Of a stretch of 64,000 nt of DNA, positions 12,311 to 26,045 are shown in pieces; the stretch's first letter is position 1, and each line of letters opens with the position of its first letter. The stretch is from Eledone cirrhosa (taxonomy: Eukaryota): positions 20,150,001 through 20,214,000 of the forward strand of contig OZ024748.1 of NCBI GenBank assembly GCA_964016885.1, written 5' to 3'. The position numbers and the translations under genes were made by a program. The notes under the pieces were generated by a model, which saw only the letters and a program-made list of their open reading frames with translations, ran no database searches and was not told where the DNA came from.

Positions 12311-12620
12311 ATATGAAAAAATTCAGGAGACCGATGGCTGAGCTCCAGCCATTTCAACAACTAGAGCTGAACTAGGCGTTAAAACGGCTGGAGCTCAGTT
12401 GTCGGGGTCCTGAATTTGTTCATATTACCCACTTTACTACCCCAAGTATTGAGTACACTGGTGAGTAAAGGTCTAAATGTGTGTGTGCATGAGTCCCAGG
12501 TTCAACCAATAAGAAAGGTACTCAATTCATTATTAGAGTGCATACAACAAATTTTATGATTTCTTTTGAATGAAACAGTTCTAGTCCTGTAGAAGCCATT
12601 TCTATATTGAATTTGTTATG
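12311..12620. mobile_element. Degenerate fold-back Penelope-like fragments with decayed hammerhead halves
   Basis: Inverted repeat related to 24894-25009; GAATGAAACAGTTCTAGTCCTGTAGAA is identical to the 7745 ribozyme 3' half. Confidence 0.6.
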
Positions 12621-13689
12621 TGTGTGTATGTGTGTGTGTTTTGTGTGTGCATAAAGTTAAGAAACGAAGTGTTTAGCAAATTTTGAATTTTCAACACATG
12701 AAAACTAGTCAAACAAGTCACACTTTTTCCATCTCTAGGAGATTCTATACCCAAATAACTCAACTATTTCTCACAGTCAAAAACCTGCGTTGAAGGAGCT
12801 TACATTAATTCTTCATTATTTAATAATTTAATGAGTAAGTGTATATCATCATCATCGTTTAACGTCTATAAATATAAATATATATATATATATTTATATT
12901 TATTAAAATAACAGATTATCACTGCTTTCACCCTTAACGGGATCTTCTGAATTTTAGTCTTCACATTTATTATTATTGCTATATATATATATATATGCTT
13001 ATACGTTAAATAGTTTATTCTATTTCCATTTTTTTTTTAATTTGGACTACCTTTTATTTTCTGTATCCATCCTTTGTGATCCTGTCTCTATATTTGTACT
13101 GCCGAAGAAGGGCTAAAGCCCAACATGTCGAACTTTCTTTCCCCTTTTCCATATAAAGCTTCATTGATTATTCCGATCATTTGATTAAGCATACACTGTA
13201 TTTAAAGTTCAGTGACACAACTTCGAGTGATTAGCAACCTTTAGACATCATAATCAATGAAACAATTGTTAATACTATAAATAAAACCCTTTTTGAACAG
13301 CCGACCATGTTATTCTTCACTCTTTCACTATTATTACTCCAAGATTAACCTGTATAGGAATTCCCGTGAACTCGCCACCTAACTAATGAAACCTCTTGTT
13401 GAGTCAAACAACGCCGTACGTTAAAACTATCCATAATACAGAGTATTCACAACCTCTAACTGGATTACCTAAAACGATAATTTGTTATCTCATATATATA
13501 TATATATATATATTACTCTTCTTCAATACATATATATATATATATATGTATTGAAGAAGAGTAAGCATGTTGAATAATAGAGAGGATACCTGGTGTTGTA
13601 AATAAACTATAGATTTATACTAACAGGCTGCACTTGAGTTGTTGAACATGTTGAAAGCCATTTTCTTCTCACAGATAAACAGATATTAC

Positions 13690-14770
13690 AAACAGTAACA
13701 ATAGCAACAACAACAGCCTTAATAACAGATAATAACAACATAAATGACACTGATATCAACAATACCAACAACAACTATAATACCACCACCAACAATACCA
13801 AGACCAACGACAACAACAATACCACCACCACAACCACCACCAACACCACCAACACAACAACCACCACTGACACCACCATCACAACTATCAACATCAGCAC
13901 TACCAGCAACACGAACAATACCAACACCACAGCCAATACCACAACCACCAACACCAACACCAGTACCACCAACACTACAACCACCACCAACACCAGCAGT
14001 ACCAACACAACCACCAACACCACAACCAACACTACCACAACCAACACCACAACCACAAACACCACAACCACCAACACCAGCACTACCAACACAACCACCA
14101 ACACCACAACCAACACTACCACAACCAGCACCACAACCACGAACATCACAACCACCAACACCAGCACTACCAACACCAACACCACAACCAACACTACCAA
14201 CACCAACACTACCAACACCACAACCACCACCAACACCAGCACTACCAATACAACCACCAACACCAACACCACAATCAACACTACCACCACCAACACCAAC
14301 AGCACCAACACCACAACCACCACCACCAACACCAGCACTACCAACACAACCACTAACACCAACACCACAACCACAACCACCATCAACACCAGCACTGCCA
14401 ACACAACCACTAACACCAACAGCACCAACACCACAACCACCACCAACACCAGCACTGCCAACACAACCACTAACACCAACAGCACCAACACCACAACCAC
14501 AACCACAACCACCACCAGCACTACCAACACAACCACCAACACCAGCAGCACCAATACCACAACCAACACTACAACCACCAACACCACAACCAACACCACA
14601 GCCACCAACACCAACCCCACCACCATCATCAACAACAACAGCAGCAGCAGTAGATATTTCCACCAAACAATCAACTATACAACAAAAAAAACAATCATAA
14701 CAATAATAGCAATACCATGAAGAACAACAACAAACACAAAAACCACAACAGTAACAAGAAGAACAACAAC
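13690..14770. repeat. (CCA/ACA/CAA)n low-complexity tract
   Basis: Trinucleotide-derived; the Pro/Thr and Gly/Val ORFs are artefacts. Confidence 0.9.
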
Positions 14771-15073
14771 TATATATAATGCTATTTCCTGAACTAAACA
14801 GATTTAGTTGTGTTTCATGCTTGACTAGTTAAAAGTTTAGCCAGAAGGCAGTCATACATCATGGCTGTCATATTTCAACTGGAGATTGTCTTTTACAGTT
14901 AGAATTCTTGTAGATTCAGATTATGGAATTACAACCACACATAACTTGTCTTTAAAGTCTTTTAATATTTATTGTCTGCATATGTTTGTGTTGGTCTGCA
15001 ATTGTGTGTGTGTTTATGTGTGTGTGAGTATGTGTGTAGGAGTGTGTGTGCATATCATCATCATCATCAATAA

Positions 15074-15112
<39 letters not shown>

Positions 15113-16454
15113 ATATATATATATATGTGTGTGTGTATATATATATGTATATGGACATAAATACATATAAATGTATGTGTCAGTTTGTGTGCATGTATAT
15201 ATATATATATAAATGGAAAGGCAGATGTAAAAGGATGATTATATATATATATATATGTGTGTATGCTGATATATATATATATATATCTTGTGTTGCAAGA
15301 TCATTCAGAAAATGTGATAATGTTTTTACCATGTCAGACGTATAATTTAATGATATTTTGACCCTTCTTCATCTTTGCTTGAGGGTAAGGGGTTATACTT
15401 AATCTTATATTTAAAACCCCTTACTTTCAAATGCATTATTATAGTAAGGAGCTGCTTTGTCAAAGATTTCTTTACCCGTGGACAAATTCAAAATCGTTTT
15501 TATACAAATGATTTTTTAATACGATATTTGAATGGCATAAGGCAGTTAATATAATATAAATAAGATTTTCATTTGGGTTTCTAAATGGTTTATATGAGGA
15601 AGTATTTCAATTTAAGATGACATCCAGTAAATCAACTGAGGTTAATCCTGTCATTGCCCTATTAATTTTGAAAATAATCAAGAATTTCAAAGAATTTACT
15701 AGTATGAAAAACTCTCTCATTATTAACCTTTTTTGGGAGCATATCTTAACAAAGGTTCCTACAAAAGATTATGATAGAAGTTTTTAGATAAATATAAACA
15801 CTTTGAGATAAAATTTTGTATTTTTGAATCACAGGTGGTTTCAGGCAATTTTATATCAAAACAGTTAAGTTTGTTGCTATGGTGATCTTTAGATTGAAAT
15901 TTCTGAATATTTGGATATCTTTCTTCAGTGTATGTCCATTAGCATTTTAGAGACAGTAGCCTGTCATCTCTATAAAGAAAGAAGCTTCAGTGTAGATAAG
16001 ATATTTACTTTATAACTACAGGGTTTTGGGCTTAATCTCACAAAGAGGGACTTTAGGCAAGTCTTTTCTATACTTCAGGAGTAGAATTTCATAAACAGAA
16101 AAAAATGTAGAAGCCTATCATGTATATTTATATATATATGTGTGTGTGTGAGTGTGTAACTATGCACGAGAATATGTTCCCACAAAGTATATCACATATG
16201 CCTATAGAACAACAACACATAAACTATAATATCCAGTACTTTTTGAAGTCCCAAGTGATATTTGTTCTACAGCAAGTTATAAACATGCCCTGACCACTCT
16301 CATCATAAAAAATGCAATAAACCAATGATTGTCTCATAGAAAATCTGAAACCAGCAACATTATAGTGTACCAATTGCAATATAAAACAAAGAAAAAACAA
16401 ACCTAAATTCAGTTTTCTGTCTGTATTACAATACAGGATATATTCATTTATTTA

Positions 16455-16732
16455 TTAACCCTTTCGTTACCACATATTCAATAAATTACACTGTTTGTGA
16501 GTTTGAAATGATTTTGAAAATGATAAAAACATTCGGAGGAATTCAACAAAATAACTAACTTTTTCATTCATAAACTGATGTTTGGAACATTACTTAACAA
16601 AAATTTCTTAAATAAAACTATGATGGAAAATTTTAATATTTAATATTAAATATTAACATTTTAAAATGAGCAGTTTTGTATATATCCTAAAACCGAGAGT
16701 ATTTTCATGGGGGTTGGTATCAAAAGAGTTAA
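16455..16732. mobile_element. piggyBac-type (TTAA) MITE
   Basis: TTAA-CCCTTTCGTTACCA ... TGGTATCAAAAGAG-TTAA; related copies at ~15640-15870, 27600-27985 and 35080-35680. Confidence 0.7.
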
Positions 16733-16778
16733 TTACAGTTATAATTAATGAAAAGAAAAAGGAAAAAAGTTCACTCAC

Positions 16779-16957
16779 CAATACCACTGTTGGCTCCAGT
16801 AACAATGGCATATTTGCCAGTGAAGTCTAATCCTTGTAATACTTGTAAACCAGTAGAGTTACCATCAAACCTCTGGCGGAAGTCATTCGGTGTGTCCACA
16901 ACTTCTTCAGCAAATGCTAGCCTCGGGTCTGTAAAAGTGGTTTTCTCATTGATATGA
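16779..16957 (-). CDS. WWOX: WW domain-containing oxidoreductase, exon orthologous to vertebrate exon 4 (end of WW2 plus SDR NAD(P)-binding motif)
   Basis: 179-nt AG/GT exon encoding (D)HINEKTTFTDPRLAFAEEVVDTPNDFRQRFDGNSTGLQVLQGLDFTGKYAIVTGANSGIG. It matches human HINKRTTYLDPRLAF...GRDFTGKVVVVTGANSGIG (from recall) and is phase-compatible with the 19252-19309 exon. Confidence 0.95.
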
Positions 16958-17019
16958 CTAAAAGAGATGAACAGAAAATGATTTCCAGATTTTGTTTGAA
17001 TGAGCAAAAGATTGAAAAC

Positions 17020-17350
17020 AATATGTAAAGGGTACATTCCACAAAACACTGTGTTATGTATACATTTCACAAAATACTGTATTATGTATACATTCCACAA
17101 CATACTGTGTTATGTATACATTCCACAACATACTGTGTTATGTATACATTACACAAAATACTGTTATGTATACATTCCACAAAATACAGGGTATGAGTAC
17201 ATTCCACAAACACCATGATATGTATACATCCACGAAACACTGTGATATGTACACATTCCAAAAAGCACTGTGTTACGTATACATTCCACACAACTCTGTG
17301 ACATTTACATTTCACAAAACAGTGTTAGGTGTACATTCCATAAAATGCTG
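17020..17350. repeat. Degenerate ~30-bp minisatellite
   Basis: Unit ~TACATTCCACAAAATACTGTGTTATGTATA. Confidence 0.8.
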
Positions 17351-18052
17351 TGCTAGGATTACATGCCACAAAACTCCATGGACAGATGTGGAGACAAACA
17401 CACATATGATGGGCTTCCATACAGTACCGTCTACCAAGGCTAAAATAGAAGACATTTTCCCAATGTATCACACAGTGAAATTGAACCAAAACCAGGTGGT
17501 TGTGAAGTGAACTACTTAACCATTCAGTCATGCCTGCACATTTGAAATTTGTTTGAAATTTCAAATTAAGAAATATTACATAAATTCAATTATGGGAGAG
17601 GGTTAACTAAATCAAACAAAAACAAAAGCAAAGACAAAAAAAAACAATTGCTAATTGTTGAAATCTTAATTGAAATACAATAATAAATATCAATATTGAT
17701 ATAAATCAATAAAATAGCTGATTTGTTATTGAATTTTGATTTCAGTTAAAATTTCTATTTGATATTCCCCTTCCCATATTTTAGGTTGGGTTTCTGACAT
17801 TGTTTTAGTTCTGTTAATTTAGAATTGGAAAACAAACCAACAAACCTTAACACTCACCCACCCAAACTCTACTTTACCCCACCCTCCAAACAGGCAGAAG
17901 ATTGCAAGCTGATAAAGTACCAAATGCTCTCTGATAGGTTTCTTCTTGTGAAGCCTATAGAAGTGGAAATATTTAGTGTTGTGTGCCTCCCTATTTTGCT
18001 TCATTGTCTCTTTACTGCCTTTAATAGAAATGAAGATGCCCATCCTCTAGAA

Positions 18053-18328
18053 CAGTCATGGTCAACCTGCGGCACACAAAGCTTTCTGAATGGCTCGCTC
18101 AAGTCACCTGATTTTTTTTACCCAAACTTTTCAGTCGTAATTTATCTTTCTATCACTTTTACAATCGAGGAAAACAATGTGTACAAATTCTGAAGAAACA
18201 AATCAAAACAACCTGAGTAACCGCCCTTTTTTTAATATGGGCACGAATGTAAATTAGCGCTTGCGGCTCACCTGATGATGAGCCATATCTCATGTGGCCC
18301 ACTTCTCAAAAAAAGTTGCCCATGCCTG
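18053..18328. mobile_element. hAT MITE
   Basis: TIR CAGTCATGGTCAAC / GTTGCCCATGCCTG; 8-bp TSD CTCTAGAA/CTCTAAAA. Confidence 0.8.
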
Positions 18329-18336
18329 CTCTAAAA

Positions 18337-18672
18337 CAAAGGTTCTCAATGTGGATGCGACAGCCCCCCTGGGTGGGTGTTGATAAGGCTCAGGGAGCAC
18401 TCGAGCCCAAGGGGCAGTAGAGATGATATAATAGTATATTAAATATCAAATGATACATATTATATATAAATATAGTAAAATAATAAATATATAATATCTA
18501 TTTATACATAATATATATTATATTATTTATTATATAGAAATTAACGATTTTATTTATTATATATTATTTACAATTTGCATGTAGGTAGGTCTCTCTGGAA
18601 AAAGGGGTGAGGGCGCTGAGGGTATTACATGGCCCTGAGGGGTCAGTAGCCAAAAAGGTTTAAGAACCTCTG
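18337..18672. mobile_element. Second hAT MITE adjacent to the first
   Basis: TIR CAAAGGTTCTCAA / TTAAGAACCTCTG; 8-bp TSD CTCTAAAA/CTCTAGAA. Confidence 0.8.
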
Positions 18673-18967
18673 CTCTAGAATGAGCTCAATGAGAAGGGCT
18701 GGCTATTTCAAGTCAGCACATCTTCCTCACCATCTTCCTCCATTCTCATATTTTAGGTTGGGTTGCAAAATTATTTCAGTTTTGTTAATTCTGAATTTGA
18801 AAACTAAACAGACTTCAGTAAAGCTGATAAAGTTCTAAATACTCTCTGATGGGTTTATTATCGTCAAACCCATAGAGTCTTGCCCCCTCCCCTCTCCTAT
18901 TTCACTGTCTTCCTACTGCCTTTCATAGAAATGAAGATGATCAACAGTATATTATTTCCACTCATCA

Positions 18968-19271
18968 AACTTATAAACCAATCAAATTACTCCCTATAAT
19001 ATACTGTACTATCAACAGATGAACCAATCAACTTACTCCATATAATATACAATACCATCTTATAAACCGATCAACTTACTCCATATAATATACGGTACCA
19101 ACTTATCAACCAATCAACTTACTCCATATAATATACAGTACCAACTTATCAACCAATCAACTTACTCCATATAATATACAGTACCAACTTATCAACCAAT
19201 CAACTTACTCCATATAATATACAGTACCAACTTATCAACCAATCAACTTACTCCATATAATATACAGTACC
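18968..19271 (-). repeat. 43-bp tandem repeat containing the WWOX exon 3' end and 5' splice site
   Basis: Minus-strand unit GGTACTGTATATTATATGGA|GTAAGTTGATTGGTTGATAAGTT; six copies keep GA|GTAAGT and a seventh is degenerate. Confidence 0.9.
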
Positions 19272-19309
19272 ATCTTCTGAAATCTTCATTTCCCATCCAT
19301 GTGGCAAAT
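19252..19309 (-). CDS. WWOX: WWOX exon orthologous to vertebrate exon 3 (start of WW2)
   Basis: 58-nt exon, tttttcag|...|gtaagt, encoding (D)LPHGWEMKISEDGTVYYM(D); compare human [20 protein letters not shown] (from recall). Confidence 0.93.
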
Positions 19310-19369
19310 CTGAAAAATACAAGACAATTACAAGATTTTGATCAATCTCTTTGTTTCCTCTAACTCAAT

Positions 19370-21765
19370 AGCCCCCCTCTCTAGTTCTCGACCTTCTCTC
19401 TTTCTCCTTCAAGCTCTCTACCTCCCTCTCTCTCTCCCTCCCTCTAGCTATCTACCTCTCTCTCTCTCTCCCTCCCTCCAGCTCTCTTGCTTTCTTTCTT
19501 TCTCTTTCTGTCAATTCCCCTCTCTCCTTTTCTCTGTATCTTCCCTCTCCCTCTAGCTCTCTACCTCTCTCTCTCTCTTTCTCTCTCTCTCTCCCACCTA
19601 GCTCTCTACCTCTCGCTCTCTCCTTCTTGCTCTGTACCTCCCTCTCATTACAAAACAAGAAAATTACCAGATTTTGATTGATGCCTCTCCCCTCCTCCCT
19701 CTCTGTCTACCTTTCTCTCCCTCCCTCCCTCTATCTCTTTCTACTTTTCTCTCCATCTGTTCCTCCCTCCCTCTATCTCTCTTTCATTTTACAAAATGAT
19801 TAAAAGCAATGTTTAAAAAATAAAACAATGAAAAACATCATCAACACTGACTACACCGACAACATCAACAACATCAACAACAACCCTAACAACAACACTA
19901 ACACCAACAACACTGACTACAACAACACCAACAACACTGGCAACAACACCAACAACAACCCTAACACCACCAACACTAGCAACAACAACACTAACACCAA
20001 CAACACTAACACCAACAACACTGACTACAACAACACCAACAACACCAACAACACTGGCAACAACACCAACAACAACCCTAACACCACCGACACTAGTGAC
20101 AACAACAATACTAACACCAACAACACTAACACCAACAACACCACCAACACTGGCAACAACACCAACAACAACCCTAACACCACCGACACTAGTGACAACA
20201 ACAATACTAACACCAACAACACTAACACCAACAACACTGGCAACAACACCAACAACACTGGCAACAACACCAACAACAACCCTAACACCACCAACACTAG
20301 CAACAACAATACTAACACCAACAACACTGACTACTACAACACCAACAACACCACTAACACTGGCAACAACCCTAACACCACCAACACTAGCAACAACAAT
20401 ACTAACACCAACAACACCACCAACACTGGCAACAACACCAACAACAACCCTAACACCACCGACACTAGTGACAACAACAACACTAACACCAACAACACTG
20501 GCAACAACACCACCAACACTGGCAACAACACCACCAACACTGGCAACAACACCACCAACACTGGCAACAACACCACCAACACTGGCAACAACACCACCAA
20601 CACTGGCAACAACACCACCAACACTGGCAACAACACCAACAACAACCCTAACACCACCGACACTAGTGACAACAACAATACTAACACCAACAACACTAAC
20701 ACCAACAACACTAACACCAACAACACTGACTACAACAACACCAACAACACCACCAACACTGACTACAACCACCACCATTACCACAACAACCACTGCCACC
20801 ACAACCATCCCCACACCCAGCACCACAACCACCACCACAACAACAACCATACCCCCCCCCCCACCCCCCACCCACACCATCCCACACCACAACCACCACA
20901 ACAACAACAACAACCCCTATCACCATAACAACCACCACAACAACAACCATACCCCCCCACCCCCCCACCCACACCATCCCACACCACAACCACCACAACA
21001 ACAACAACAATCCCTATCACCATAACAACCACCACAACAACAACCATACCCCCCCACCCCCCACCCACACCACAACCACCACAACAACAACAACAACCCC
21101 TATCACCACAACAATCACCACAACAACAACCATACCCCCCCCCCCACACACACACCATCCCCACACCACTACCACTACAACAACAACAACAACATACAAG
21201 AGAGAATCTATTGATTTTCTGCTATGCTAGCAATAATTATTAGACACTAGGTGGCAGAGCTGTACTTATTTTTCTTGAAAAATAATTTAATTGAAGAGAG
21301 AAGTTCAAATGAGCTTCACTAGAATATGGCTAATTCTATTGGTTAATAATGAAAACTTAATAATATTATCATAGAATGGCGGTGGTGGTGGTAGTGATGG
21401 TGGTGGTGTTGGTGGTGGTGTTGGTGGTGGTGGTGGTGTTGTTGGTGGTGGTGGTGGTAGTGTTAGTGGTGGTGGTGGTGGTGGTGATGGTGGTGGTGGT
21501 GGTGGTAGTGGTGGTGTTGGTGGTGGTGGTAGTGGTGGTAGTCGGGGTAGTGGTTATGGTGGTGGTGGTGGCGGTGGTGGTAGTTGGGGTAGTGGTTATG
21601 GTGGTGGTGGTGGTAGTGGTGGTAGTCGAGGTAGTGGTTATGGTGGTGGTGGTGGTGGTAGTGGTGGTAGTCGGGGTAGTGGTTATGCTGGTGGTGGTGG
21701 TAGTAATAGTGGTGGTGGTAGTAGTAGTAGTGGTGGTAATAGTAACAGTGTTAGTGGTTGTATTT

Positions 21766-21801
<36 letters not shown>

Positions 21802-22440
21802 ATTAATAAAGACTGAAAATACTAAATCACTAATACCACTTCTACTACTGCCACTACTACAACCACTACCATTACAAATATTACCACTAAGACTACCACC
21901 ACTACTACTACTACTACCACCACCACCACCACCACCACCACCACCACCACTACAACTACTACTACTGTCTTAGGAGGTATGAGTGAGATGTGAGATACAC
22001 CAATGGCTACCTATTGATTGTCAACAACAACAACAACAACAACAACAACAAGATGGAAGCAAGAATAGCAACAACTAATAATTGTTTCTACTTTTGGCAC
22101 ACACAAGGCCAGCAATTACCCCAGTGCATTACTGGTACTTTATTTTATCAACCCTGTAAGGATGAAAGGCAAAGTTAGCCTCGGTGGGATTTGAACTCAG
22201 AATGGCAAGGACCGTAACAACAATAACAACAGCAACGGCAAATATATCAATAACAACAACAACAGTAGCAACAACCACAATAACAACCACAACAACAACA
22301 GTAGCAACAACAACAATAGAAACAACAACAGCAACAATAGTAACAATAACAACCACAATAACAACAACCACAATAACAACAGTATCAACAACAACCACAA
22401 TAACAACAACAGTAGCAGTAACACTACTAACAATTAGTAT
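19370..22440. repeat. Simple-repeat block: (CT)n, (AAC/ACC)n, (GGT/GTA)n, (CTA/CCA)n, (CAA)n
   Basis: Directly visible. Confidence 0.9.
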
Positions 22441-22844
22441 TGACTGTACAGAGATGATGTGGTCGGTAGGTGCAGCAATTGATAATATTAATGACAAGAG
22501 TACAGAGAAGATGGGAAGATATTTCAAGCTTTGTTGTCGATGATGAAAATATTTTTATCTCAACAGGAAGGATTGGCACTGTAATATGTCTGCTGGGCAA
22601 ACAAAATAATAAATTAAATTTAAAAAAAGGAAAGAGATTGATGAGTTTTTCATGTTTTTGTTTTGTTTTGTTTTGTTTTGTTTTGTTTTGTGTTTTTGTA
22701 GGGGGGGGGGGGAGAGTCCCTTCATTCTCTACAATTACCAGAAGGTTAATCAGTCAGGGCCATCTTAACAGCATCAGAGGCCTCGAGGCAGAGCAATGCA
22801 CTAGGGAGCCCAGATACACACAACCACAACATACATAGATTAAT

Positions 22845-23190
22845 ATTAGATCCCTAAACCTTATGTCCCCCCCCCCTCCCCCCTCAGGTGAAGAAATGTG
22901 CAGGTGACCTTACAGCCACAAAGTGTTAGACTCCTAAAACTGATGCCCCCTCAGGTAAAGTGATGCACTATGGACCCTACAGACTCAACCATAAAGTGTT
23001 AGGCCCCTAAACCTAATGGCCCCTCAGGTAAACTAACATGCAGGTGACCCTACAACCACAAAGTGTTAGGCACCTAACCTAATGGCTCTTCAGGTAAAGT
23101 AATGTACTAGGGACCCTCCCTACAGACACAGCCACAACACAACATACATTAGTTTTAGATCCCTAGAATAGGTGCCCTTGCACCCTAGGC
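22845..23190. repeat. Degenerate ~75-80-bp tandem repeat
   Basis: Recurrent CCCTCAGGTAAA...GACCCTACA...CACAAAGTGTTAG...CCTAA. Confidence 0.6.
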
Positions 23191-23212
23191 AAAAAAATTC
23201 ATTGGTGCAGTG

Positions 23213-23252
<40 letters not shown>

Positions 23253-23623
23253 TAGTAGTATTAGTGGCAGCAGTAGAAGCAGTAGTAAGCGTCACATGAG
23301 ATGGTGTAGTAGATGATACAGTCGATATAGTGGTAGGTGTTGTAGTAAGGTGTTGCAGTAAGAAAGCGAGAGAGGCACTTATTAAGCTTGAAAGATGACT
23401 TTACTTTGAACTAGAAGGAATAGGTTGAGCCGCTTGAACTAAAGAGATGACACAGTAGATAGATGGTATCTAGCAATCACTAAACAGACAATACGTTCTG
23501 TTTAAACCCACCCAGATGTTAGTTGGTGGTGTAATAACTGGGGGACCAGAGAAAGGGTGGAGTATATACATACATATACATATATAATATAAGATCAAAA
23601 GATGGTTAAAGGAGTTCCATATA

Positions 23624-23690
23624 TTTTATTATGCGCATTTCAAAAACAAACATCATCAAACAATAATATTTGTGTTTTCATCAGATAAAA
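23624..23690 (-). ncRNA. Type I hammerhead ribozyme with palindromic stem III
   Basis: Minus strand TTTTAT-CTGATGA-long stem II-GAAA-TGCGCA-TA-ATAAAA, in a ~160-bp element (23583-23740) next to (TA)n. Confidence 0.85.
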
Positions 23691-23738
23691 CAGGAGAACA
23701 TGATATGAAGGCTAAAAAACACTTGTTGATAGTGCAGT

Positions 23739-23830
<92 letters not shown>

Positions 23831-23833
23831 GTG

Positions 23834-23882
<49 letters not shown>

Positions 23883-24015
23883 ATATATATATATATATAT
23901 ATCACCCCCTGGTGCCTTTTACAATAATGATTTAACTCCCATAAGGAGGTACTTAGAAAGAAAAATTAGTGGAGGGAACGAAGTTTGTTACACACTCACA
24001 TATATATATATATAT

Positions 24016-24064
<49 letters not shown>

Positions 24065-24075
24065 TATACATATTT

Positions 24076-24148
<73 letters not shown>

Positions 24149-24169
24149 CATATATATATATATATATAA

Positions 24170-24348
<179 letters not shown>

Positions 24349-24631
24349 CACATATCAGTTCATCAACATGGGTGAACCACTAAGCAACCAATCACAGCCG
24401 TTTTGATGACAATTGTTATCACTTATGACTCAAAACCATCTTCTGATATACAGAGGTATTATTGCATTATACAAAACCATCTCAGCATTCATAATGTTCC
24501 CTTTACAGGCAAACCATAAAGAATTTTGGGTGTCAACTAAATAGATAGTGTCTCCTTCTTGTCTTCGTAGTCTTCAGAAATACCCACTGGCAAACAACAC
24601 AAACAATTAGTTATGACACTTGTTTATATAC

Positions 24632-24671
<40 letters not shown>

Positions 24672-24760
24672 TCATGACAGAAGTGTGTGTATATATTAGA
24701 AAATATATCATTATATAAATATATATATATAAATATTATTACTTATCTATTATCTATCTG

Positions 24761-24814
<54 letters not shown>

Positions 24815-24817
<3 letters not shown>

Positions 24818-25004
24818 CAAAGGAAATGTGGTAAGGAACCAGGTGGACCATAACGCACCAAAGTACTGAATACTAAGGGTAGTAGAGTGGGTAATAGGAA
24901 CAAGTAGGACCCCGACGGCTGAGCTCAAGCCGTTTCGACGGCTAATTCTGGACTACATTAGCCGTCGAAACGGCTTGAGCTCAGCCGTCGGGGTCCTACT
25001 TGTT

Positions 25005-25009
<5 letters not shown>
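24815..25009 (-). mobile_element. Fold-back Penelope-like insert with hammerhead 3' half
   Basis: Perfect hairpin 24894-25009 containing GAAA-CGGC TTGAGCTCA GCCG-TC-GGGGTCC; flanked by (TA)n; relatives at 12311-12480, 54050-54190 and 55630-55680. Confidence 0.7.
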
Positions 25010-25069
<60 letters not shown>

Positions 25070-25084
25070 AGTACATCTACCAAC

Positions 25085-25120
<36 letters not shown>

Positions 25121-25293
25121 ATATATATATACGTATATATATACAGATAGATAATAGGTAAGTAATAATATTTATATAGATAATGTATATAATTATATAC
25201 ATGTATTAAGTATATTACTTATGACACTTGTAAATATACACACATTTTCATGTGTACATATGTTATATAATATTTATATATGATTGTATGCAA

Positions 25294-25339
<46 letters not shown>

Positions 25340-25430
25340 TGTATGTATGTACGAATATATATTTATATATACACACACACATATATATAAATATATATAC
25401 ATACACACACACATATATATATATATATAT

Positions 25431-25965
25431 CTTTGGCGGTACTCAGTAATAGAGAAGACCCGCCTTACCTAAATACAAAGTAAAAACCTACTACAGTCAG
25501 TAGGCACCTCTATCAAAACACACCCCCGTCCCTCCACACCGCCCCTTTCAATGTAAAGTTATGTTGGTCCCACAACATCCAGGCCGAAACAAATGAGATC
25601 GTGTAGGTGTCACGACAAAAAACACACAGTCCACGCTGTAAATGTGGCCGTGTAGGCAACACGGTAAAAACCTCCCAGCCCCACACTGTAAATGTGGTTG
25701 GTGTTAGGAAGGGCATCCAGCTGTAGAAAACCCGCCAGACAGTCCACGCTGTAATGTGGCCGTGTAGGCAACACGGTAAAAACCTCCCAGCCCCACACTG
25801 TAAATGTGGTTGGTGTTAGGAAGGGCATCCAACTGTAGAAAACCCGCCAGACAGTCCTATGCGAACAAGACAACCACTCTTGCCTCAAGTGGGAAAACCC
25901 CCGTCCAAACCCATGCAAGCGTGGAACACGGACGCTAAACCTGATGATGATGATGATGATGATGA
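25431..25965 (+). mobile_element. RTE family B 3' fragment with internally duplicated 3'UTR module
   Basis: WRYSVIEKTRLT* followed by the same 3'UTR as 10460-10812; the GGTGTTAGGAAGGGCATCC block occurs twice. Confidence 0.85.
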
Positions 25966-26014
25966 TATATACTCACACATATATATATACACATACACAT
26001 GCACACACACATAC

Positions 26015-26045
<31 letters not shown>

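Noticed and set aside
18262-18290. CTGATGA within the hAT MITE
   Set aside because: It is the loop of a GGCTCA/TGAGCC hairpin; no downstream GAAA or stem III
21244-21262. CTCF-like motif ACACTAGGTGGCAG
   Set aside because: Single imperfect match; cannot be supported from sequence alone
22129-22527. ORF with signal-peptide-like start MKYLPIFSVLLSLILSIAAP
   Set aside because: Starts at TTG, then runs into a (GTT)n microsatellite and a SINE
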